DNA of 64,000 bases from Chthoniobacterales bacterium (GTDB lineage Bacteria > Verrucomicrobiota > Verrucomicrobiia > Chthoniobacterales > JACTMZ01), in contig JAGYIO010000002.1 of assembly GCA_018402585.1 (NCBI GenBank), forward strand, positions 65,341 through 129,340. Direction: 5' to 3'. Positions 36,673 to 43,980 of this stretch are shown piece by piece. Below the pieces are notes generated by a model. It was given only the letters and a program-made list of their open reading frames with translations, ran no database searches and was not told the DNA's origin. A program made the translations under genes and the position numbers. How positions within the stretch are numbered: position 1 is the stretch's first letter; each line of letters opens with the position of its first letter.

Positions 36673-36694
36673 CTACTGAACATTTGAACAGTAG
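36673..36694. promoter_or_regulatory. 22-bp near-palindrome CTACTGAACATTTGAACAGTAG in the divergent vapB / dinB-dnaE2 promoter region
   Basis: CTACTG and CAGTAG are inverted arms around two direct TGAACA repeats. The site is 26 bp upstream of the ATG at 36720. It is a candidate LexA or antitoxin operator, and that function is inferred only. Confidence 0.3.
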
Positions 36695-36719
36695 TCGGGT
36701 TTCGTGCTAAGTCTGTGGG

Positions 36720-37895
36720 ATGACGCGGAACGGAGAACAGCGGGCGGCGGTGCATTTGGATGCGGATGCCTTTTTTGTCGGGTGCGAGGTGGCTTCGGAG
36801 CCGCGCTTGCGGGGCAAGGCGGTGGCGGTGGGGGGGATGAAGCGGGGGATTATTGCTTCGGCCAGTTATGAGGCGCGGAAGCTGGGGGTTTACACCCCGA
36901 TGCCGACGGCGCGGGCCCTGAAGATTTGTCCGCACTTGATCGTGCTGCCGGGAGATTACGAGAAGTATGAGCATTTCTCGCGGCTGATGTTTTCCTTGGT
37001 CCATGATTACACGCCGGTCGTGGAGGTGGGGTCAATCGATGAGGGCTACGGGGATTTGTCCGGGGTGACGCGGTGGAGTCCGCGCGAAGCGGCGGAGCGT
37101 TTGCGGCGTAATATCCGCGAGCATTTGCGGTTGTCCGTCTCGCAGGGGCTGGGCACGAACAAGCTGGTCTCGGCCGTGGCCTCGAAGTTGCGCAAGCCGG
37201 ACAATTTTCTCGAAGTGCCGGCGGGGACGGAACGGGATTTTCTCGCCCCGCTCGAGGTGAAATGGCTGCCCGGGGTGGGGGCGAAGCTGGAGCGGGTCTT
37301 CCAAGCGGCGGGCTTGCTGCGCATTGGCGAAGTGGCGGGGGCCACGGTGGAGAGCCTCGAATTAATCGCGGGGTCGGGGGCGGGTCAGTTGTCGGAATTT
37401 GCCCGGGGGATCGACGAGCGTCCGATCGTGACCGAGCGCGAGGATGCGCAGTCTTACGGGAAGCAGGAGACGTTCGAGGAGGACACCACGGATGAGGAAT
37501 TTGTGCGGCGCGTGCTCCGCGGGATGGCGGATCATTTGCTGGCCAAGGTGCGGGCGGACGGAAAGATGATCCGGTGTGCCGAGGTGCGGTTGCGTTACAA
37601 CGACATGGAGCAAAGCCGGCGGAGCGAGAGTCTGGAGGAGCCGACGGATTTGGAGACGGATATTTACGGGGTGATCGATCGGCTGGTGCGGCGGGCCTGG
37701 GATCGGCGGGTCAGTTTGCGTCTGGTCGGGTTGAAATTATCACGGGTCTACGACGGGGGCGGGTGGCGTCAGACGGGGCTGGATTTGCCGGGTACGGGTT
37801 ATGACAAAGAGACGCGGCGGGTTTTGGCCCGGGTCATGGATGAGGCAAAAATTCGTTATGGGAGCGGGGCTGTGGTTCGGGCGCACCAATTGAAG
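36720..37895 (+). other. dinB: Y-family polymerase (DinB/Pol IV) module of the fused ORF
   Basis: VHLDADAFFVGCE (two catalytic Asp), SIDEGYGD (Asp-Glu), SQGLGTNKLVSAVASKLRKPD and a little-finger region. Confidence 0.85.
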
Positions 37896-40800
37896 GCGGG
37901 GCGAAGTGCTCAGTGTTCAGTTTCCAGTGTTCAGCAGAAATGTAGCGGCGGCCTCCACGCCGCCGGTTGTTATGGACAACAGCCGGCGAGGACGCCGCCG
38001 CCACAAAAGGTAGGGACGAGCGGCTCGCTCGTCCGTGCCGTGAAGAGCGGACCCGCAGGCCGCGGGTCCCTGCCTGCGCTGAATGTGAAGAGTTGCTTCA
38101 GCTTTCTGGATTCGTTGCTCCGGCCGGGAGACATTGTGCGGCTGGCGGGGGAGCGGGGGATGAAGGCGGTGGCGGTGACCGATCCGAATTTGCACGGGGC
38201 GGTGGAGTTTTCTGCCGCGGCGAAGGAAGCAGGGATCCAGCCGATCGTGGGGGCGGAGGTGAAGGTGGGGGGGATGAGGTATTTGGCCTATGTGGAGAAT
38301 GTGGTGGGGTATCGGAATTTGTGCGGGTTGTTGTCGGGCGAGATAGAACATCGGCAGGATGCCGATGCCACGTTACAGGGACTGATCTTGCGGCCGGTCA
38401 CGGCGTTTCCGGAGGTGCGGTATGCTTCGGCGCGGGAGGCGAAATTTTATGAGGTGGTGCAGAGTATCCGGACTCTGTCTTTGGCGGGGCAGGGGCAGGG
38501 GGGGAAGCGGCGGGGGGATTTTTCCTGGGGGCGGGAGATCAAGGCGTCACCGGGGATGCAGCGGGATGCGGAGGAGATTGCCGAACGGTGCGGGTTTGTT
38601 TTGCCGATCGGCGGATTGAAGTTTCCGCGGTTTGCCCCGCCGGATGGATCTTCGCCGCGGGAGTTTCTCGCCCGGCTGGCCCACGAGGGGATGAGGTGGC
38701 GCTACGGGGTGGCGCTGTCCGGTGGAGTGCGCCGGCAGGTGGAGGAGGAATTGCGCATGATCGGCGAGGTGGGCTACGAGGAATATTTTTTGGTCGTCTG
38801 GGATTTGCTCCAGGGTTGCCGGGAGCGGGGGATCGAATGGATCACGCGGGGGAGCGCGGCGGATTCGTTGGTCTGTTATTGTCTTGGGATCAGCACGGTT
38901 TGTCCGGTGCGGTTCGAATTGTATTTCCGGCGCTTTCTCAATCCGGAACGGATGAAGTTGCAGAAGTTGCCGGATATCGACCTTGATTTTCCCCACGACC
39001 GGCGGGACGAGGTGGTGGACCTGATTTTTGCCCGTTATGGCCCGCACCATGCGGCCGTGGTCGGGGGATTCAACACGTATCAAGGTCGTTCCGCTTTTGC
39101 CGATATCGCCAAAACGCTGGGGGTTTCCCAATTCCAGATCCGGCGCATGACGGAAAAATTGCCGCAGACTTCGGCCCGTGATGTGGCCGGGGCGGCCCGG
39201 GACGGGGTGGAGACGAGCGGGTTGGCCTGGGAGGAGAATCCGTATCAGGCGGCCCTGAAATTGGCGGCGCGGCTCGACGGGTTTCCGCGCCACGCCAAGA
39301 TGCATCCGTGCGGCGTGGTCATTTCGCGCCAGCCGGTGGGGGAATTGACCCCGCTGTTCACCAGTGCGAGCGGACGGGCGACGACGCAATTTGACATGGA
39401 GGCGGTGGAGGCGATGGGGTTGGTCAAGCTGGATATTCTCGCGCAGGGCGGGCTTGCCGTGCTCCGTGATGCGCGGGCGGCGTTGCGGGAGAAGGGGATC
39501 GATCCACCGGACCCGGGGTTATGGGATGATCCGCACGTCTGGCAGATGATCGCCGAAGGTGAGGCGCGCGGGGCGCATCATATCGAGAGTCCGGCCATGA
39601 CCTCATTGGCCCGGATGGCCGGGGTGCGGGCCATCGATCAGTTGATTGCCATTGTCTCGGTGATCCGTCCGGGTGCGGCGAACAGCCTGCGCAAGGAACA
39701 GTTCGCGCGGCGGGCGCGGGGTGAGGAGCCGGTGACCTATGTGCATCCGAGCTTGGAAGCAGTCTTGCGCTCGACTTACGGGGTGGTGGCTTACGAAGAG
39801 CATGTGTTGCAAATTTGCGAGGTGTTCGCGGGGTGGGAAGCGGGGCGGTCGGATCAATTGCGGCGCTTGCTCGTGAAAAACCGGATGGCGCAGGTCGATT
39901 CCTGGCGGGAAGAATTTGCCGCGGCGGCGCGGGTCGTGGGGCGGACGGATGGCGAGATTGCGGACGTGTGGGATTTGCTCATGAAATTTCGCGGGTATGC
40001 CTTTTGCCGGGCGCATTCCACGGCTTACGGGTTGGAGGCTTACGAAGCGGCGCAGTTGAAACGGTATTGGCCGGCGGAGTTTTTGGCCTCGGTGCTGACC
40101 CACGGGAAGGGATTTTACTCGCGGTTGTTTTACACCATCGAGGCGCGGCGGTTGGGGGTTTTCTTCGGGGGGCCGGAGATCAATGGAGAGGTGCGGCGGT
40201 TTAGGGCGGAGAAAGGGAAAACCGCTGAGGGTGTGGAGGGGAGAGAAAGTGGCATCGGCATCTTGCCGATGATGGGGGGAGGACATCGGCAGGATGCCGA
40301 TGCTACTTGGGTGGCGCGCGGCGCGGGTGCGGCGATCGTGACGGGCGGGACGCCCGTGCCCCCTGGGGATACGGGGAAGTTTTCCGTCTGCAGTGTTCAG
40401 CGTTCAGCCGGAGCAAGGAGGGCCGAAAAGGATGCGGAGGGCACGGAGGGGAGAGAAAGTGGCATCGGCATCTTGCCGATGATGGGGGGAGGACATTGGC
40501 AGGATGCCGATGCTACTTGGGTGGCGCGCGGCGCGGGTGCGGCGATCGTGACGGGCGGGACGCCCGTGCCCCCTGGGGATACGGGGAAGTTTTCCGTCTG
40601 CAGTGTTCAGCGTTCAGCCGGAGCAAGGAGGGCCGAAAAGGATGCGGAGGGTACGGAGGGGAGAGAAAGTGGCATCGGCATCTTGCCGATCATGATGGGG
40701 GGACATCGGCCGGATGCCGATGCCACGATACGGAGAATCAAGGTGCCGCTTTGTATGATCAAGGGATTGTCGGAGGGGTTGTTGGAGCGGGTGGAGGTGG

Positions 40801-41465
40801 GGCGGCCGTTTGTTTCGTTGGCGGATTTTTGGCGGCGGGGTCGGCCGCAAGGGGAGGAGGCGATGGCCTTGTTGCGGGCGGGGGCGTTTGATCGGTTCGG
40901 GCCATCGAGGACGGAACTTTTTTGGGAGTTGCGGGCCTTGGCGCCTTGGACCGCGGGGCAGGGGTTGCTTTTGGAGGCGCGGGGGGCGGCGTTGCCGGAG
41001 GGCCGGACGGAACCGGGGCGGTTGGAAAGGTTGCGTGATGAGCAGGAATTGCTCGGGTTTACGGTGGGGGGACATCCGGTGGAACTTTTTCCGGAGGTGG
41101 GGTGGGAGACGTATTGTCCGGTCGCTGAGGTGCGGAAGTTGCCGGGTCAACGGGTCACGACGTGCGGGTTGGTCGTGGCCCAGCGCTTGCATCATCAGTC
41201 GGACGGACGCGCTATGAAATTCATCAGCCTGTGCGACCGCACGGACATCCTCGAGTGCGAGATTTTCGCCGAGGTTTACCGGAAGTGCGGCGGGGTGTTG
41301 GCCCGGTGGCCGGTGGTCGAGGTGACGGGGAAGGTGGAGACCCTGGGCGGACGCGGGTGTGTGTTGCGGGTGGAGGAAGTGCGGCGGGCGCGGGAGCTTA
41401 GGAAGCCGGACGCTCGTCGTAGGGCATCTCGGCCAGCTGGAATTTCGGCACCGATTGGCGGATGA
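36720..41465 (+). CDS. dnaE2: single ORF encoding a DinB-type Y-family DNA polymerase fused to error-prone polymerase DnaE2
   Basis: 1581 codons without a stop. The N-terminal 392 aa are Pol IV-like and aa ~451-1581 are a C-family polymerase. See the module features below. Confidence 0.8.
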   Translation: MTRNGEQRAAVHLDADAFFVGCEVASEPRLRGKAVAVGGMKRGIIASASYEARKLGVYTPMPTARALKICPHLIVLPGDYEKYEHFSRLMFSLVHDYTPVVEVGSIDEGYGDLSGVTRWSPREAAERLRRNIREHLRLSVSQGLGTNKLVSAVASKLRKPDNFLEVPAGTERDFLAPLEVKWLPGVGAKLERVFQAAGLLRIGEVAGATVESLELIAGSGAGQLSEFARGIDERPIVTEREDAQSYGKQETFEEDTTDEEFVRRVLRGMADHLLAKVRADGKMIRCAEVRLRYNDMEQSRRSESLEEPTDLETDIYGVIDRLVRRAWDRRVSLRLVGLKLSRVYDGGGWRQTGLDLPGTGYDKETRRVLARVMDEAKIRYGSGAVVRAHQLKAGRSAQCSVSSVQQKCSGGLHAAGCYGQQPARTPPPQKVGTSGSLVRAVKSGPAGRGSLPALNVKSCFSFLDSLLRPGDIVRLAGERGMKAVAVTDPNLHGAVEFSAAAKEAGIQPIVGAEVKVGGMRYLAYVENVVGYRNLCGLLSGEIEHRQDADATLQGLILRPVTAFPEVRYASAREAKFYEVVQSIRTLSLAGQGQGGKRRGDFSWGREIKASPGMQRDAEEIAERCGFVLPIGGLKFPRFAPPDGSSPREFLARLAHEGMRWRYGVALSGGVRRQVEEELRMIGEVGYEEYFLVVWDLLQGCRERGIEWITRGSAADSLVCYCLGISTVCPVRFELYFRRFLNPERMKLQKLPDIDLDFPHDRRDEVVDLIFARYGPHHAAVVGGFNTYQGRSAFADIAKTLGVSQFQIRRMTEKLPQTSARDVAGAARDGVETSGLAWEENPYQAALKLAARLDGFPRHAKMHPCGVVISRQPVGELTPLFTSASGRATTQFDMEAVEAMGLVKLDILAQGGLAVLRDARAALREKGIDPPDPGLWDDPHVWQMIAEGEARGAHHIESPAMTSLARMAGVRAIDQLIAIVSVIRPGAANSLRKEQFARRARGEEPVTYVHPSLEAVLRSTYGVVAYEEHVLQICEVFAGWEAGRSDQLRRLLVKNRMAQVDSWREEFAAAARVVGRTDGEIADVWDLLMKFRGYAFCRAHSTAYGLEAYEAAQLKRYWPAEFLASVLTHGKGFYSRLFYTIEARRLGVFFGGPEINGEVRRFRAEKGKTAEGVEGRESGIGILPMMGGGHRQDADATWVARGAGAAIVTGGTPVPPGDTGKFSVCSVQRSAGARRAEKDAEGTEGRESGIGILPMMGGGHWQDADATWVARGAGAAIVTGGTPVPPGDTGKFSVCSVQRSAGARRAEKDAEGTEGRESGIGILPIMMGGHRPDADATIRRIKVPLCMIKGLSEGLLERVEVGRPFVSLADFWRRGRPQGEEAMALLRAGAFDRFGPSRTELFWELRALAPWTAGQGLLLEARGAALPEGRTEPGRLERLRDEQELLGFTVGGHPVELFPEVGWETYCPVAEVRKLPGQRVTTCGLVVAQRLHHQSDGRAMKFISLCDRTDILECEIFAEVYRKCGGVLARWPVVEVTGKVETLGGRGCVLRVEEVRRARELRKPDARRRASRPAGISAPIGG
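37911..38069. repeat. cluster of REP-like elements forming the in-frame linker between the DinB and DnaE2 modules
   Basis: It contains the word CAGTGTTCAGTTTCCAGTGTTCAGC and three hairpins. These are CGGCGGC-CTCCAC-GCCGCCG (37946..37965), GGACGAGCG-GCT-CGCTCGTCC (38014..38034) and GGACCCGC-AGGCC-GCGGGTCC (38049..38069). Confidence 0.7.
38349..38367. repeat. hairpin CATCGGCA-GGA-TGCCGATG inserted in frame in the PHP domain (reads HRQDADA)
   Basis: Perfect 8-bp stem. The identical hairpin recurs at 40284..40302, and degenerate versions lie at 40494 and 40703. Confidence 0.65.
40205..40730. repeat. 210-bp tandem repeat, about 2.4 copies, in frame inside dnaE2
   Basis: GGAGGGGAGAGAAAGTGGCATCGGCA starts at 40235, 40445 and 40655. 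Copy 1 and copy 2 differ at 2 of 210 positions (40287/40497 and 40442/40652). Confidence 0.9.
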
Positions 41466-42117
41466 AATCCTTGAGCATATCGAGCGTCTGCTGGTCGGTC
41501 TTGGCCCCGGGCCGGAGTCCTTCGAGCACGGGGGCACTGACGATCACGTAGGCCCAGCGGTGCTGGAGTTTTTTTACCACCATGTCCCAATTGGTCTTGG
41601 CCAAGCGAACCCAGTGGTGCGGGGTGGAGGTATCCTTGCCGACAAACCAGTAAAGGAAGTAGCTCCTCAAGTTGACCCTCTGGCCGGGGGCGGTTTCGAC
41701 TTCGCGATTGAGGGTCAGCTTCATCACGTCGAGCGTGCGGCCGTTGGCCAGGGTGATGGGCAGGATTTCGCCCGCTTGAACCGACCAGCCTTGCCCCGGG
41801 AGACAGACTTCGGGGCGGTGAATGCTGCGTTTTTCGCCGCCGCTGAGTACGACTTGGGCGGTGAGCGAATTACCGGTGAGGTCTTGGTAGATTTTTTTCT
41901 CGAATTCGGTGTCACCGGGCAGGAGGGCCAGCTCGCTCGGCGAGACCGGCTCGCTCGTGCCCCAATATTCACCAACCAAGGTGGGAAGATCCATGATCAC
42001 CCCGGATTCGGGCGAGATATTGGGCGGCGCGCTGGCGCGGCAGAGCCAGAGGGTGAGAGCGGCCAACCCGACCACCGTGCCGGAGCGCCACCAGGGGATG
42101 TCGAGGGCGCGGATCAT
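41398..42117 (-). CDS. epsI: exosortase-associated EpsI family protein
   Basis: Start taken at MIRALDIPWW, with an ATGA overlap with the exosortase stop. It has an N-terminal TM segment, and HRPEVCLPGQGW is the EpsI signature. Confidence 0.85.
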   Translation of the reverse strand: MIRALDIPWWRSGTVVGLAALTLWLCRASAPPNISPESGVIMDLPTLVGEYWGTSEPVSPSELALLPGDTEFEKKIYQDLTGNSLTAQVVLSGGEKRSIHRPEVCLPGQGWSVQAGEILPITLANGRTLDVMKLTLNREVETAPGQRVNLRSYFLYWFVGKDTSTPHHWVRLAKTNWDMVVKKLQHRWAYVIVSAPVLEGLRPGAKTDQQTLDMLKDFIRQSVPKFQLAEMPYDERPAS

Positions 42118-43085
42118 GGGGTTGGTCTGGCCGCGGGTGGCGGGGTGAAGCGTTGCAGCAACCAGCCGATCCCGAGCATGCCGCCGAGGGCAACGGCAAA
42201 GACAAGGAATCCGGAGAGCAGGTGGAAAGTGGTCGGCTCTTCCAGCGTGCCGATGGCGGTTTCGGGTCCGAGAGCGATGGTGCCCAAAGTGAGCATGATG
42301 ATGCGGGCAAAGTTGCCGGCCACGGCAAGGGGCACTGAGGCGAGGAAGACGATCCATTTCTGCCAGGATTTTTCCATCACGAGGAAGCCGTAGAGGGCAC
42401 TGACCATCATGAGGGCGAAGAGCGAACGGATACCGCTGCAGGGATCGGCCACATCAACAGCAAACCGCTCGCCGGCCGCGAGGCCGGCAACGAAGTCGGG
42501 CGTCGAGACAATGGAGGTGCCTTGTTGCAGGCAGGGGAGACCGATCAGATTGAGGAAGCTGACGCTGACCGTGGACATAAAAATGCGCAGGGGGAAGGCG
42601 AGGAAGTTGTCCATGAAGGGCAGCGGGAACATGAAGGCGAGGAAGGCGATGGGAAACAGAAGTGCCTTGAGCCATGACCAGCCGAGGAACCAAAGGACGA
42701 GCGAGCCGATGAATCCGAGCATGGCGGCATAGCCGACGTAGACATTGTCCGCAAGGTAGCCGACCCAATAGAGAAAGAGGGCTCCGAGCAAAGTGGCCAA
42801 ACCGACCCAGGATCCACTGACCGGCAGTGCGGCGAGTGCTTTGCGACGGTAGATGACCAACCCGAGAGCGAAGAGGGGCACGAGCCAGCAGTGTTCCCAC
42901 TCCGGGTTGTTCCGCCAAATCCAGTTCATGAACTCGAACATGCTGGCCCGGGTTGCCCCGTAGCCCGAGGCGTAGGGGAACCAGAAAAAGAGGACGTAGA
43001 AAATACCGGCCGCGCTGAGTGCCGCGAAAATGTTCGGCGGGACGAGGGCGGCGCGCCAATCCGGGGTCAGAGTGGTGGAGTTCAT
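42114..43085 (-). CDS. exosortase (EpsH/XrtA-like)
   Basis: Start taken at MNSTTLTPDW. It is polytopic, with the catalytic Cys context DPCSGIRSL, Arg in GNFARII and His in TFHLLSGF. Confidence 0.88.
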   Translation of the reverse strand: MNSTTLTPDWRAALVPPNIFAALSAAGIFYVLFFWFPYASGYGATRASMFEFMNWIWRNNPEWEHCWLVPLFALGLVIYRRKALAALPVSGSWVGLATLLGALFLYWVGYLADNVYVGYAAMLGFIGSLVLWFLGWSWLKALLFPIAFLAFMFPLPFMDNFLAFPLRIFMSTVSVSFLNLIGLPCLQQGTSIVSTPDFVAGLAAGERFAVDVADPCSGIRSLFALMMVSALYGFLVMEKSWQKWIVFLASVPLAVAGNFARIIMLTLGTIALGPETAIGTLEEPTTFHLLSGFLVFAVALGGMLGIGWLLQRFTPPPAARPTP

Positions 43086-43101
43086 GAGAGGGAGAAAGCT
43101 T

Positions 43102-43980
43102 TCACACTGTCTGCGGGGCGGCAACCGATTTCCACGCGAAAAGGAACTCGCCCAGAGCTTCCCGCCAAGCGGTCGGTCCGGGTGGGAAGGTCGCCGCAAG
43201 CTGCGCGCCGTCGAGGCTTGAGTAGCGCGGACGCTTGGCCCAGCCAGGTCCGAGCTTTTCGTAAGGTACTTCTGTGAGGTCCCGGCACTTGGGGGCCAGA
43301 CCGAGGGAGGTCATTTGGGTCAAAGTCTCGCCGGCAAATTCTTCCCAGGAGGTCACGCCGGGATTGACCAGATTGAGCAATCCGGTCTGTCCGGCCTCGA
43401 CCAATTGGCGGGTCCAGAGAGCGCCGTGGCCGGCGTAAAGGGAGCAGCCTTTTTTGCCCGCCGCGGTGCGCAGAGAGGTTTGTGCGGAAAGAAGATCGGG
43501 CAGGCGGCTCATGAAAGTTTTCCCGCCCAGCCCGTAGAGCCAGGAGACGCGCAGGATCAAGCTGCGCGGGCAGGCGGACGGAATGAGGGCCTCGAGGTCG
43601 GCCTTCTGGCCTCCGTAAACCGAGAGCGGATGAGGGGACTCGGCTTCGGAGAGCAAGCGGTCGTCTGCTCCGCCGAACACGTAGTCCGAGCTGTATTGGA
43701 CAAAAAGCGCATCCTGCGCGGCACAGCGGCGGGCCAGGTCGAGCGGAGCCTCGCGATTGATCCGTCCGGTTCCCGCGGGGTCCTTTTCGCAAGCGTCGAA
43801 ATCGCAGACCGCCGCCGCATTGATCACCGCATCCCACGGTTGGGCGAAGAGCTGGTCGAGCCGCGAGGCATCGCTGATATCTGTATCCTGATGTGCTTGC
43901 GCGGTCAGGGTGTGCCCGGCCAATTCAGAAGCAAGATAACGCCCGAGTAAGCCGCCAGAGCCGAGGAGAAGGATCTTCAT
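43102..43980 (-). CDS. SDR family sugar-nucleotide reductase (RmlD/dTDP-4-dehydrorhamnose reductase-like)
   Basis: 292 aa. MKILLLGSGGLLG (Rossmann), YSSDYVFGG and YGGQK (YxxxK) are present. Confidence 0.78.
   Translation of the reverse strand: MKILLLGSGGLLGRYLASELAGHTLTAQAHQDTDISDASRLDQLFAQPWDAVINAAAVCDFDACEKDPAGTGRINREAPLDLARRCAAQDALFVQYSSDYVFGGADDRLLSEAESPHPLSVYGGQKADLEALIPSACPRSLILRVSWLYGLGGKTFMSRLPDLLSAQTSLRTAAGKKGCSLYAGHGALWTRQLVEAGQTGLLNLVNPGVTSWEEFAGETLTQMTSLGLAPKCRDLTEVPYEKLGPGWAKRPRYSSLDGAQLAATFPPGPTAWREALGEFLFAWKSVAAPQTV

Larger units (their letters stand above)
38070..41465 (+). other. dnaE2: DnaE2 (Pol III alpha-like, error-prone) module of the fused ORF
   Basis: It has a degenerate PHP N-terminus (LNVKSCFSFLDS..AVAVTDPNLHGAVEF), GSAADSLVCYCLGIS, PDIDLDFPHDRRDEV, FCRAHSTAYG, IKGLSEG (HhH region) and an OB fold near the C-terminus. 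Confidence 0.85.

Noticed and set aside
36673-36694. A canonical verrucomicrobial LexA box (TGTTC-N4-GAACA) upstream of dinB-dnaE2 or elsewhere in the window.
   Set aside because: No exact palindromic instance was found by eye. The site at 36673 has direct rather than inverted GTTC half-sites, so it is reported only as a candidate.
37890-38070. Splitting the 1581-codon ORF into separate dinB and dnaE2 genes.
   Set aside because: I looked for an in-frame stop and found none between 36720 and 41465. The only nearby TGA (37891) is in the +1 frame. A GTG at about 38038 could start DnaE2 independently, but the DinB frame would still read through. I therefore report the ORF as fused, with the caveat stated.
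40205-40730. The tandem 210-bp repeat as a possible CRISPR array.
   Set aside because: There are no unique spacers between the repeats, the unit is far too long, the array lies in frame within a polymerase gene, and no cas genes are nearby.
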